A stretch of DNA of 64,000 nucleotides, taken from Lingula anatina (Eukaryota; Animalia; Brachiopoda). The stretch's first letter is position 1; each line of letters begins with the position of its first letter. The position numbers were made by a program, and so were the translations under genes. The stretch is taken from NCBI GenBank assembly GCA_051362555.1, contig CM120649.1:16072567-16136566 (forward strand), in the 5' to 3' direction. Below are positions 51,201 to 63,496 of the stretch, piece by piece. Below the pieces are notes generated by a model that did no database searches, was not told the origin of the DNA, and saw only the letters and a list, made by a program, of their open reading frames with translations.

Positions 51201-54200
51201 CTATAATACAGTAACCCTTAGTAGCAGCTGCTTTATGCATAAAAAAAAATTTAAATGTTAAAACTTCCTTCAAATGATAACTAAACTCAAGAGTTATATA
51301 TTTTAGTGTCTCAGGAGACACCATCTTCAGGGAAATTAAATTACCATAACAATAAGACATTAACTCTCTACTAATAATAACCCTGCATCAAAGAAGAACT
51401 TGAATAGCTTCACCTTACCTCTCTCAGTGGATAAATATAAAAAGCTAAATCTGCTATCAACTGTTTCTTCCTCATAATCAACTGTGCATTGGCTTTAAGG
51501 TACTGTTCCCTGAAATCATCATATTAAAATGATTTATTGACTGATGTAGATGTTTCATAAAAATTTGTGTTCACAAAAATTTTGTAAATTATGATCAAGA
51601 AGAAATTGGTGTAAATTATATGCTGTTAAACAAAGATATTGACTTGGAGGGCACAGGTATGTGTTTTAACAGGTAGGAGGACAGCACAGAGTTTCTTTTA
51701 TAATATTCGATGTGGGCAAAATGTTAGGGATAAAGGTGGAGGTGCACCCTGAGCTTCAGAGCTAACTTGACACTAACCTTTTCACTGTAGCCTATCTCCA
51801 TCGTGTCAAGTAACCTCTGACGAAAATAGTTTGACCTAGTTTATATAAGCTATCAAATCCATGTTTCAAAATTTTTCACCAAAGTTTGGTGAAAACGCTG
51901 ATTGGTTGACCGTCAATCGGCAATCCTCGGCTGATCCCGCAAGCTCCATACTAACAACATAGTTATTGTCGAGTGCGGAGACATCCGAGTAGTTCCGAGT
52001 GTATTACCGTACACAAAGAAAGCAAGGCGAGTGACTACGAAAAAGAATGTGTTAAGTTATCTCTTGATTCTTTGCAAAATATGAGTAAATCGGAATTGAA
52101 ACCATAGGGTCTAGCAGTTTGAGGCCCTGCATCATTATCTACTGAGAGACGATGTTATTTGCGTGCTGCCCACAGGTTACGGCAAGTCCCTGATATTCAG
52201 CCTTATCTTTAATTGGTCCGGATTTGAACAAAGCGCGCTTTGACTCGTTCGCGTTCATTGGCTAGATCGTTTAATGAGTCATTGAGTGCGGGCTTTTAAA
52301 TTTGATTGGCGGGCGGCGGAGGCAATCGAATCTGGTCAGAGGTTACTTGACACGATGAAGATAGGCTACAGTGAAGAGGTTAGTGTCAAGTTAGCTCTGA
52401 AGCTCAGGGTGTGGAGGTGGGAAAATCAAGCATTTTCTGAGACAAACTAAAAGTTCTTTCTCTCTTTTTTCAATTAATTACAATTATAACAGTCACTGTG
52501 AATGCAGCCTTATACTGATTAAAAAATACCTCATTTCAAAGTATATCTTCCTTTTTTCTTTTAGTCTGTCTTTGTCATTTTTCATAGCCTCAAATTTAGT
52601 TTGCACTGATACATCTGGAAATTCAATAAGTTATGACTAATATTCTTTGAAACTGTAGTGTTAGTAATTCTTTGCTAGCTGATAAACTTCCATTTTCAAT
52701 AAGAAGCAAAGAAACAATGTTCTCTTTACTCACAAAACCACTGGAAGTCAAATGGATTTTTTTCCATTCCTGAAAAACCTATTTAAAACTATTTGACACG
52801 GGTCATGAAATATGAGCATCTCCATCTGTATATTAACGAAAATAACACTTTGGAATAACTTAAACAGATTACACTGTGATGAAACAGTTTACATGTTTTT
52901 TAATGTAATTTTTTTGTCTTCAGCTTTACATACTAGAAATAGAAATTGTTGCTTTGAACACAGTAATAAATAATATAAAATCTGTATCTCTGTATCCTTA
53001 CCTCTTTGGTGATTGTGTGTCTGTAGTCTCTCATACGTTTCTTTCTCGGCTTGCAGCTGCATGGTACGTGACTCAAGCTCTGACCTCATCTGATTCACAT
53101 GAAGAATCAGGACTTCCCGTTCTGACAGCTGAAAATACACACAAAATAAGGAAAGAATAATAAGGGCAATTTCTTACATTTTAATTTTATACAGACACTG
53201 GTTATTCTGTGGTCTCGCACTCTGGGCCTGAACAATTTACGCGCAGCTTCAGATCAGTTATTTTTCATTTGCCACTGTCATAATAAGGCAGTGAGAGTCA
53301 TCACACCATTATCAAAATTCCACTATTACTTACCCGAACTCTCTCATCTTATTTAATTTATAATAAGTAATTTCCTTTTTTAATCATACTTTTACCTTCT
53401 GGTTTAAGTACAATATTATTATAAATAATAGTTTCACAGTTGATATAAAATAAAGAGAAGTAAAGTCCAATATGTCTGCATATCAAGACAAGACCTAGTA
53501 TCACTAGTAGGTATGTGTTAAGGAATCATTGATTTCAATCCCTTTTTTTGTTCAAAAACTTTCAAGTTTCATCAATACCTTTGTTTTGATCAGAACCCCT
53601 CACCTTCTTGGATCTGGTTAGTGAAGACACCAGCGTGTCCTCTATACAGCCCCTCACTTTCTTCACTGAGGCCTGGGTCTGCTTGATAGCACGCAGTATG
53701 GTGACTATTCTGAATGGCACAGAAAATAATGTACATTAAATCCATAAATACAGGCATAATTTTGAGCTTTAAAAAACAGGAGAAAATGGCTCAGTGGGGT
53801 GGGGTTGGGGGTGGGGGGCTCAGGGCAGAAAACTACCAAGAAATTAAAAAAAAACAAGCACAAACTTTATTCAGAATCATAAGAGTTCCAAACTATCTGC
53901 TTAAATCTGTAAGTTTGAGGAATCATATTATGATATGAACAGTTGCTTGTACATTATCAACAAATATATACAGAAAAGCAGAATATCAGTCATATTAATT
54001 AAAGCTTTGGTATTATAATTATAATTCTAGAAAACAAAACATGACCGCACACGGCTCTAGCTAGCTAGTCTTGGACGAAATAGGTTCAAGTGTTTAGGTT
54101 GTATACAAGGCATGAGTTAGGCTGTATTCCCAGAGCTTTTAGATCGATCTATCCCCGCGGGGAGTCTCACTAGATTACTGTCAGATAATCCGGCTTAAAT

Positions 54201-57200
54201 GTCCGTCCCGCCTACTACAAGCTGTAAGGGGGTAATTAACTTTCGTGTCCGCCCAGTTGACAGCTATTTAGCGTGAACCCCCAGGGAGCTAGGTCGATCT
54301 AAAGTAGATCGATCTAATCTCTGGAAATGGGGTCTTAGAGCTATGATCTTACCTGGACAAAGAACTAATAGTATAGGAAGACCTTACACTGGAATGGTCT
54401 ACTTTCATAAACTCTGAGGTCAAAGATTGTTGCTTGGGCTGAAGAATGGAAAAATAATAAAAAATAATTTATAAATACTTACATGTATAATCTATTAATA
54501 CAAATAAAGTAAAATTCACTTAGTCAGTTGCTTTTTTTTTTTTTTGCTTTTTAACTGCCTCTAAGACCATATTTGATAAATTTGCATTACAAACACCTTG
54601 TAAATTGTGCACTCATTTCTAATTAACCGACACCAGTAAATTTATCATTTTTCCAAATCCAAGACAGATATGAAGATAAGGATTGCTTTATTCTCTAACA
54701 TAGACCAAGTGCATTTTTTTTCAACCTTCTGAAGTTCTTCTGTAGGGCCAAAGTAAGCATCAAACATCCCAAACACCAAAGTGTTTCCCTTATACTTCCT
54801 GCCATCTTTCTGGATCTGAACAAAAAAGTATAAATATGAACAGAAGTTATCTAAATCAGCAAACTTGCTAAACAGTGAAATTATGATCATTTCTTACAGC
54901 TACAAATTGGATTTATTTATATTATCATTCAATTATTCATTTATTTATTTATTTATTTGTTTGTTTATTTGTAACCTATTTTAGGATTTACCAGCAAAGG
55001 CAACAGTCAACTAGCCTGATATAACAAAAGAACTATGATAAACATGCTTTATTTTAAATTTTGATATTGAACATTCAATTTAGAGCTTACCTTGTCAGCG
55101 ATGTAGACAAGTCCAGAAAAGTGGACGTCCCATTGGAGAAGGACATGAGGGGATTTCCCTTCTTCTGAAATCCACACCTTGACTATAACAGCTAGCACCA
55201 GTGTTGAGGAAAATATGATCCATTTTTTTGAAAATTTTAATTTTAAAACACATTAGAGTTTAAATGCTGGATTCAACATATGTGCTTTATGTTACAATGG
55301 AAGAGGTTCTTAATAAGCAAATATATGTAAGTACTTTTAACAAATTCAAAACAATGATAATACATTTGAAGAAAAATTTCAATAACACTTCCCAGTATAC
55401 TCTACTCAAGATCTTCTATGAGAATTAAGGCCAGGTTAAAATATTGTCCAGGATCAACTTGGCAAACAGTAAAACAAGTTTGTTCTGCACTGCATCACTA
55501 CCCCACTGTTTAGGACTTAGTGTAAGGATACAAGTAGAAGTGGTGTCCACCTCCTCAGTTAGGTGTGTCAGCAAGAACCCACGCCAGCTTGGATTCTGAA
55601 ATTAAACAACAAAACTCTATGTTTATGACAGACAAAGTACTAGTACTTGCATGGCCAAAAATACATTAACCATATTAATAGACAACTGCGACTTAAATAT
55701 ACACTTCTTCTTACAAGTTAGGAGTCAGAGATTATGCTAAATGCTTGTAATCTCAGACTCTCAAAGTAACACTTCAAATTTTTTGATTATAAAATTTAGT
55801 TTACAATCTCATTCTCATAATAACTTTAAGTATGAAAGTGGCCCTTAAAAAATAATTGGGAAATTACAAATACCAAAGGCTCCACAGGCATAGATACGAC
55901 ACCCAACTATCCAGACTTCCAGATCATTTGGGAAGAACGTCATCTCAGTGTATGAGCTAATATCTTGACATTTACTTACCAATGAACCTCGAATTTTCTC
56001 ACTGGTGTAGAAAGCTGCAAAACAGTTAAAATGCAAAATTAATTTTAAATCTAAACACGTGTGAATTATTATTCTGATTTATATAAAGGCTACAACGGAC
56101 AAACAAAGTGTCTTGAAAAGTTATGCAATATAATAATCAATTTTCTGAAATCAAAAATGTTACAACATTAAAATAATACCATAAGTGTAAAAGCTTTGAA
56201 AATTCTGTTCTAGAAGGGCAACTAGCCTGCATATTTAGGCACATAAAGTCTTCAGATTAATTTTGATTGAAAGAAAGCAATATGCCTGACCTACATATAC
56301 TATATGTAATTCATTTTAATAACTATTTAAAAAGTGCTTCATTGTAACAATCAGCTCTCCTCACCAGGTTCCTGGGTCTTAGTATGCAAGGTGAAGTATG
56401 TCTGTAGAGAAGCCACATCTAGCTCAGATACATTGGGAACAATTAAGTTTCTTGCAGCTATACTCTTCAGGTGCCGCAATCTTCTCTGTAAGTAAGTGCA
56501 ATAGCTGAATTGAAATCTTTGTGAAATCCAACTCAGTGTCCCAAATGGTTCCTACACGTTAATTTTGGACATCCAAGGCTCTATTAGCAGATCAGATAGG
56601 TCTGACTTGGCATGCTAAGCCCGGTGTGACTGAAATGCGCAATACACCGCGATACAGCGCAACACAGTGCAATACACTTCAAAAAACAAATCCAGTTGCA
56701 AATACTCAAAAGAAATGACCATTCCCAGCAAAGCAGGGTGATATAAAAACAACCTATATTACTAGGTAAGTAATATCGTTGATATAACTTAACAAATCAG
56801 CAAGACTTTTATATTGTATGGTTGGCAGCCATGTTGACGAGTGGCTCTATATTACTGGCCAAGAAGAGCTACTCCCCAACATGGCGGCTGACCAAACCAT
56901 GAAAAAATGTTCTAGTTGTATCAGCAATATTAATTACTATGTACTATATTTTGCTTTTATATCACCCTATTTTATTTGAGATTACCCTTTCCTGTGTTTA
57001 CTTGCAACTGGACTTGTGTTGTCAAGTGTATTGGGCTGTGTTGCGCTGTATTGCAGTATATTGCGCATTTCAGTCACACCCTGCTAAGCCCCCTCCATCC
57101 TACCATGGAATGGACAAATTGAGAATTAACTTTAGATTGAGAATTGTCATTGTTTTGCTTTGGGTCATTGATGCTTCACTACTAGTACTGGAATCTGTCC

Positions 57201-57593
57201 AAGATAGCCTAATCTGTAAAATAGCAGGTCTTTTCAACATCAACACAGTGCGATGTTTATCAAAGCACCTAGTAGGCCAGGGGAATTAACGATGCTGGAG
57301 AAGTAAAGAGACGAGCGATAAAAAAAGTCAAAATCCTAGCGAATACAATCCAAACTTTCCCAAGGCGTTGCAAGGATACCTCGTTCTCCAAACAGCGTCT
57401 CGTATATTATTTCACAAAATATGGTATAGAAAAGACGAATAAATCAGATGCTTAGGTTCATTAATTCAAGTATTTCACAATCTTGCCAAGACTTGGCCAT
57501 TCCAATTTTTATTTTTCAGATGCACCTGATACGTACCTGATGTGTGGTCAGAGTAAAATGCCGACGATCTAAACGTGCACCGCGCGCCTCCAT
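48253..57593 (-). CDS. UVRAG: UV radiation resistance-associated protein (PI3KC3 complex II subunit, Vps38 homolog), ~818 aa
   Basis: 16 exons (minus strand): 57537-57593, 56365-56485, 55980-56014, 55532-55595, 55091-55191, 54726-54815, 54353-54438, 53604-53709, 53002-53128, 52530-52614, 51419-51509, 50949-51009, 50561-50726, 50137-50215, 49778-49869, 48253-49348 = 2457 nt, in frame. Diagnostic motifs: QRRLRHLKSIAARN, FYTSEKIRGSLNPSW, coiled coil, LPNSEDFQGQDE..IAVALG.TAHMV.MIA.FLDIPLRY, FPLY.KGKDKFQFNYAVYLLNKNIAQLRY..GL.T.DLR.TLPNL. Confidence 0.95.
51745..52411 (+). mobile_element. Non-autonomous TIR element with a RecQ-type helicase remnant (candidate AcademH derivative), in a UVRAG intron
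   Basis: ~75-bp TIRs CACCCTGAGCTTCAGAGCTAACTTGACAC.../...GTGTCAAGTTAGCTCTGAAGCTCAGGGTG. Direct flanks TGGAGGTG (51737-44, 52412-19). 52115-52202 translates QFEALHHYLLRDDVICVLPTGYGKSLIF. Confidence 0.8.
54120..54335. mobile_element. Second copy of the GATCGATCTA MITE-like family
   Basis: Shares AAGCTGTAAGGGGGTAATTAACTTTC and terminal TAGATCGATCTA palindromes with 40222-40480. Confidence 0.55.
55192..55531 (-). other. U12-type (minor spliceosome) GT-AG intron in UVRAG
   Basis: 5' splice site GTATCCTT (55531-55524). Branch-like TTTTCCTCAAC (55213-55203) followed by only 11 nt (ACTGGTGCTAG) to the intron end. No polypyrimidine tract. Confidence 0.8.
56623..57083. mobile_element. hAT-like foldback MITE in UVRAG intron 1
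   Basis: GGTGTGACTGAAATGCGCAATA.../...TATTGCGCATTTCAGTCACACCCTG with long degenerate internal arms. Flanked by the 8-bp direct repeat CTAAGCCC. Confidence 0.75.
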
Positions 57594-58683
57594 AATTATG
57601 TCTCCTTATCACAAACCTTACAGATTAAATAACTATGGGTAACGAGTGCATTTTTCAAGTTTTCTTCGGTCAAGGAAGAGCAAGAGCTCGCCCACCGTCG
57701 GCCATTTTGAAGTCTCGCAGTACAAGTCATGTGACATAAATCGATTTCCTTCATTTGCAACGTTCTGTCTCTCGTAGAGTAGCTTTGAGGTCTAGTTTGC
57801 AAGAACGAGACACATGTGAAATACAAAGACAACTGATTATTGATTAGTTGGCTTAAAAGATATGTTTAGCATAATTGTGCCACGAGAATCCGCGATATTA
57901 CTGTGCATGTGACTTTGCTTGTCCACTTCCGGGGGGTTTGTTTTGGTTTTGTACTCGTGAAGCTGCATTTACCGGTATCAACACTATCTCAGGTAGTAGT
58001 GTACTATACATTAAATAATTATTGTTACAAAAGTGAAGAAATTGAATGAATAAATTTATTTCTAGATGGTGATATTTAACATTGAGAAAATGATAATTAA
58101 AGAGTGAGTGTTGCAAACTCGCTTCCAGAATGCCACGGACATCCATGCGCTTTTAATTTTATGTGGTACGTTTTTACTGTTAATACATCCATGTATGTAC
58201 GACATTTGCTAACGTATGTAGCTTTGTGCCACGGTGCTATATCAGTCAATATTCAAAGTACATTTATTGCTTATTTTTTAAGAGATAAACTTTGGTGGAT
58301 TAGAAATCTATATAGTAAATAAAATGCTGTTAATATGCAAAACTGCTAGCACAACTGTTAGCTAGGCTGTTTTCTTTTTAAATTAAAAAAAGAATTGTTT
58401 TCCCTATTGATTTTTTTAAATGAGCAAAAGCAAAATTTTTGAGGGAATTTCAATTCTATTATAATATTTATGGTCATTATTTTAACTTAAAAACCTACAT
58501 TTACCTGTATAACAGATTTTAGTATTCACAATATGCTTCCCCCCCCCCCCCCCAACCTCCCCCCCCTCCACCTCATCCCCACCCACTATTTAATGATGGC
58601 TATTCTAATGAAAATTAATGTATGGAACATGCCTTGGATACACTGATTTCATTTCTTAATTAATTACCTTTGTACTTTCAGCC
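57594..58683. promoter_or_regulatory. Bidirectional UVRAG/LAMTOR4 promoter with CLEAR/M-box, YY1 and ETS motifs
   Basis: The divergent start codons are ~1.1 kb apart. GTCATGTGAC at 57726-57735, CACATGTGA at ~57811, GCATGTGAC at 57905-57913, CGGCCATTTT at 57699-57708, CACTTCCGG at 57924-57932. Possible LAMTOR4 5'UTR donor CAG|gtagta at 57992. Confidence 0.65.
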
Positions 58684-59727
58684 ATGCAGAACCTAGAGCG
58701 AATTCCCGACTCTCTAGGATATCTAGTTATAAGTGAGGACAAAGCAGTAGTTAGTGTAAGTATTTTTTTTAAATATGTATTAATTATAAATAATTATGTC
58801 TTTGTTAATTATCAGGTACACATACGAATATCTTCTACTTAATGTAAGATACTTCACATGCTTATGTACTGCTTTATTTTCGAATTTGTCCTTTTTATTT
58901 TATTTTCAATTTAATATAATTTTTATCTCTTGCTATAGCAAGAATGTTTCACACATCCAATGCAGAAGTTATAAAAAAAGACTGATATTTGTTCAATATT
59001 AAGTAGATATTTTGAACTTATTTTTTTCAGTCTGGTGGTGAATTAGAGAATGATGAAAAGACAGCAGCATTGGTCTATAATCTTGTACAGAAAGCTTACA
59101 GGATTCCAGTCATGGGAGACAAAAGAGATGGATTTAAGAAATTAACAAGTAGGTCCAATTTAGTTGTAAAATGAACTTGCCACGTCTTAATTCTCAAAAC
59201 CCAAAACATCTTTATAAATGATGCATTTGTTGATAACCTTTAGTGAAATTTTCACTTGCAAAATTACTCTGTCGGATTTTCCACAGTGACCCTTGAATAA
59301 ATCAATGAATCTTCCTTTTCATGTGTTGTTAAGGAATGCTTTATTCTGGGTGATCTGTGTTACACATGTACATGCATGCACACGCACACACACACACACA
59401 CATGCACACACACACACACACACACACACATGCACACACATACCTATACACACTGTTTGAAATGGCTAAAGTACTAGTACTCAACTCCACACATTAAATA
59501 CATCTCATTTTTTACATTTGAAAGAAAAATCTGTCAGAGACCAATAGCTATGATTTATTTAATTTTTTATTAATAGAGCAAAATAAGCATTTGATGAAGA
59601 TTTTTTTCACATTATAGTTTTTCTTTCAGTAAACTGGGATTCCTTCTTCTATGCAATAACTGTGTCTAATAACAGGATATATGTCTGTAAAAGACAGTAC
59701 AACCCACAGGAACCCATGGTTGCATAG
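58684..59727 (+). CDS. LAMTOR4: Ragulator complex protein LAMTOR4, ~95 aa
   Basis: join(58684..58755,59031..59148,59630..59727) gives MQNLERIPDSLGYLVISEDKAVVSSGGELENDEKTAALVYNLVQKAYRIPVMGDKRDGFKKLTINWDSFFYAITVSNNRIYVCKRQYNPQEPMVA. This matches the LAMTOR4 signature LERIPD.LGYLV....AV..SG.LENDE...FK.L......TVS..R..V.KR. It is absent from the ORF track because the exons are short. Confidence 0.92.
59375..59440. repeat. (CA)n compound microsatellite (another at ~39680-39710)
   Basis: Seen directly. Confidence 0.9.
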
Positions 59728-60965
59728 CAGTGATAATAACGGTAGCAGTTACGAAAGGCACAATAATAACAACAGCATACTATGATGTGGATTTTTGTTA
59801 GGATACAATGGCAGTGAACTGACAGTAAAAGAAGATATTATATAAACAACTAATTCACATAAGATCATTCATGGTGACAGCAGAAATGAGATTAAAAGTG
59901 GAGATGGTTGAAGAAAATCAACAATTTACAATTATTATGATGAATATATGCTGATATTGCAAAACATTCTCAAAACCAATTGCCAAATACTAATAATTGT
60001 AGTGATACAGTGAGTTTCTGCATTGTAGCTTTTACATAGATATAATATCAACAATCTGTGGTATAAACACTGGCCCCTAACCAGATGCCAGTAGGATTGG
60101 AATCCAGCCATTAAAATTTTGTAAATATGTCCAGTAACTGGCCACAGGCTCCATTTTGGGTGACTCGTTAGATCCTTAGGCCCTGGTAGCTGGCAGGGTC
60201 AGAAGGCTAAACATTTTTGGCACTGACTGTAAAAGAATGTTATCTTTGATTACATTTTTTGAAGTACTTTTTCTAATGCCAGAACACCAACAGAAGACTG
60301 GATAAATGTAGACAGTGAACTGAGGATATGCCTGGCAGCCAAATTCAACATACGTCATGAATTGTTACCAGTTCATGGTAAATGTCTGGTAAATTGGAAT
60401 GAAAATGAATAAAACTGAGTTTTATTTTTGAAGTTATAAGTCTGTTATAAGTCATCTCATACAAAATAAAATTATACTGATTATACTGAAATGGTTATGT
60501 TGTGTTTTTTATGTACAGACACAGAATGATTCTTAGTACAAAAATACAGCTCTGATTGGAAAAACAGCTTGATTGGGTTATTTTATCTGAAATTATGCAC
60601 TTTTTTTGTGAAATTTTTATTTTTCACATCTTTGTGTGTAACTTCAAAAATTCCATGGGACTGAAGCTCAGTTTTATTTACTTTTTCTAAATGCCCATGT
60701 TATATATTGTACAAAATAAAAAAAACAGTGGTAATAAGGCTCTTAAATGTGATGAAATATTGTATCAAAATTGACAAATCACTATATTGTGCAGGAGCAT
60801 AATTTTTCAGCTACTATGCAGATGTACACTTAACAGCTTTGTTGCCTTAATTTTTTTACTTGTGATGAAAAACACCTTCCAGAACACATCAAAAGAGAAT
60901 TCCACTTGTGATAGTGCATGTATACCATATTGCTTGTATTTCCATTCATGTCTGTTCAAAGTCAT

Positions 60966-63496
60966 TCAGCCTTTTCTCCGTGCTGTGGTTGTGGTTATGG
61001 TTGTGGTGGTCGTCACTTCTTCTGCCACCAGTGGTTCTTCCATTGCCACCAGTGGTTCTTCCATTGCCACAAGTGGTTCTTCCATTGCCACCACTGGTGC
61101 TGGGGTTGTTGTGGTCGTCACTTCTTCTGCGTCCAGTGGTTCTTCCATTGCCACCAGTGGTTCTTCCATTGCCACCACTGGTGCTGGGGTTGTTGTGGTC
61201 GTCACTTCTTCTGCCTCCAGTGGTTCTTCCATTGCCACCAGTGGTTCTCCCATTGCCAACACTGGTGCTGGGGTTGTTGTGGTTGTAACTTCTTCTGCCT
61301 CCAGTGGTTCTTCCATTGCCACCAGTGGTTCTTCCATTGCAACCACTGGTGCCTGGGTTGTTGTGGTCGTCACTTCTTCAGCCTCCAGTGGTTCTTCCAT
61401 TGCCACCAGTGGTTCTTCCATTGCCACAAGTGGTTCTTCCATTGCCACCACTGGTGCTGGGGTTGTTGTGGTTGTAACTTCTTCTGCCTCCAGTGGTTCT
61501 TCCATTGCCACCAGTGGTTCTTCCATTGCAACCACTGGTGCCTGGGTTGTTGTGGTCGTCACTTCTTCTGCCACCAGTGGTTCTTCCATTGCCACCAGTG
61601 GTTCTTCCATTGCCACAAGTGGTTCTTCCATTGCCACCACTGGTGCTGGGGTTGTTGTGGTCGTCACTTCTTCTGCGTCCAGTGGTTCTTCCATTGCCAC
61701 CAGTGGTTCTTCCATTGCCACCACTGGTGCTGGGGTTGTTGTGGTCGTCACTTCTTCTGCCTCCAGTGGTTCTTCCATTGCCACCAGTGGTTCTCCCATT
61801 GCCAACACTGGTGCTGGGGTTGTTGTGGTTGTCACTTCTTCTGCCTCCAGTGGTTCTTCCATTGCCACCAGTGGTTCTCCCATTGCCAACACTGGTGCTG
61901 GGGTTGTTGTGGTTGTAATTTCTTCTGCCTCCAGTGGTTCTTCCATTGCTACCAGTGGTTCTTCCATTGCAACCACTGGTGCTGGGGTTGCTGTGGTTGT
62001 CACTTCTTCAGCCTCCAGTGGTTCTTCCATTGCCACCAGTGGTTCTTCCATTGCCAACACTGGTGCTGGTGTTGTTGTGGTTGTCACTTCTTCTGCCTCC
62101 AGTGGTTCTTCCATTGCCACCAGTGGTTCTTCCATTGCAACCACTGGTGCTTGGGTTGTTGTGGTCGTCACTTCTTCAGCCTCCAGTGGTTCTTCCATTG
62201 CCACAAGTGGTTCTTCCATTGCCACCAGTGGTTCTTCCATTGCAACCACTGGTGCCTGGGTTGTTGTGGTTGTCACTTCTTCAGCCTCCAGTGGTTCTTC
62301 CATTGCCACCAGTGGTTCTTCCATTGCCAACACTGGTGCTGGGGTTGTTGTGGTTGTAACTTCTTCTGCCTCCAGTGGTTCTTCCATTGCCACCAGTGGT
62401 TCTTCCATTGCAACCACTGGTGCTTGGGTTGTTGTGGTCGTCACTTCTTCAGCCTCCAGTGGTTCTTCCATTGCCACAAGTGGTTCTTCCACTGCCACCA
62501 CTGGTGCTGGGGTTGTTGTGGTTGTAACTTCTTCTGCTTCCAGTGGTTCTTCCATTGCCACCAGTGGTTCTTCCATTGCCACCACTGGTGCTGGGGTTGT
62601 TGTGGTCGTTACTTCTTCTGCCTCCAGTGGTTCTTCCATTGCCACCAGTGGTTCTTCCATTGCAACCACTGGTGCCTGGGTTGTTGTGGTTGTCACTTCT
62701 TCAGCCTCCATTGGTTCTTCCATTGCCACCAGTGGTTCTTCCATTGCCACCACTGGTGCTGGGGTTGTTGTGGTTGTAACTTCTTCTGCCTCCAGTGGTT
62801 CTTCCATTGCCACCAGTGGTTCTTCCATTGCAACCACTGGTGCCTGGGTTGTTGTGGTTGTCACTTCTTCAGCCTCCAGTGGTTCTTCCATTGCCACCAG
62901 TGGTTCTTCCATTGCCAACACTGGTGCTGGGGTTGTTGTGGTTGTCACTTCTTCTGCCTCCAGTGGTTCTTCCATTGCCACCAGTGGTTCTTCCATTGCA
63001 ACCACTGGTGCCTGGGTTGTTGTGGTTGTCACTTCTTCAGCCTCCAGTGGTTCTTCCATTGCCACCAGTGGTTCTTCCATTGCCACAAGTGGTTCTTCCA
63101 TTGCCACCACTGGTGCTGGGGTTGTTGTGGTTGTAACTTCTTCTGCTTCCAGTGGTTCTTCCATTGCCACCAGTGGTTCTTCCATTGCCACCACTGGTGC
63201 TGGGGTTGTTGTGGTCGTTACTTCTTCTGCCTCCAGTGGTTCTTCCATTGCCACCAGTGGTTCTTCCATTGCAACCACTGGTGCTGGGGTTGTTGTGGTC
63301 GTCACTTCTTCTGCTTCCAGTGGTGCTTCCATTGCCACCAGTGGTTCTTCCATTGCCACCACTGGTGCTGGTGTTGTTGTGGTTGTCACTTCTTCTGCTT
63401 CCAGTGGTTCTTCCATTGCCACCAGTGGTTCTTCCATTGCCACCACTGGTGCTGGGGTTGTTGTGGTCTTCTTACTTGCAGTAGTCATTAATACAT
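60966..63496 (-). CDS. Large terminal exon encoding an acidic Thr/Glu/Pro-rich tandem-repeat (mucin-like) protein; the 5' part of the gene may lie beyond the window
   Basis: Open frame across 2.5 kb. Acceptor atttctttcag at 63497. Repeat unit TTTTTPAPV-(VAMEEPL)2-3-EAEEV. Much of the variation falls at wobble positions. AATAAA on the minus strand near 60675. Confidence 0.6.
61010..63466. repeat. Coding minisatellite: about 28 units of 84 bp (105 bp in variants), built from 21-bp submodules
   Basis: Recurrent CAGTGGTTCTTCCATTGCCAC 21-mer (2-3 per unit) plus ACTGGTGCTGGGGTTGTTGTGGTyGThACTTCTTC. Confidence 0.95.

Noticed and set aside
61493-63484. Short LPPVV-repeat ORFs
   Set aside because: Third + frame of the same repeat, repeatedly broken by stops.
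60918-63491. 857-aa Cys/His/Trp-rich ORF as a metallothionein-like gene
   Set aside because: It is the exact antisense frame of the Thr/Glu repeat. Variation falls largely on its first codon positions and there is no promoter or splice support.
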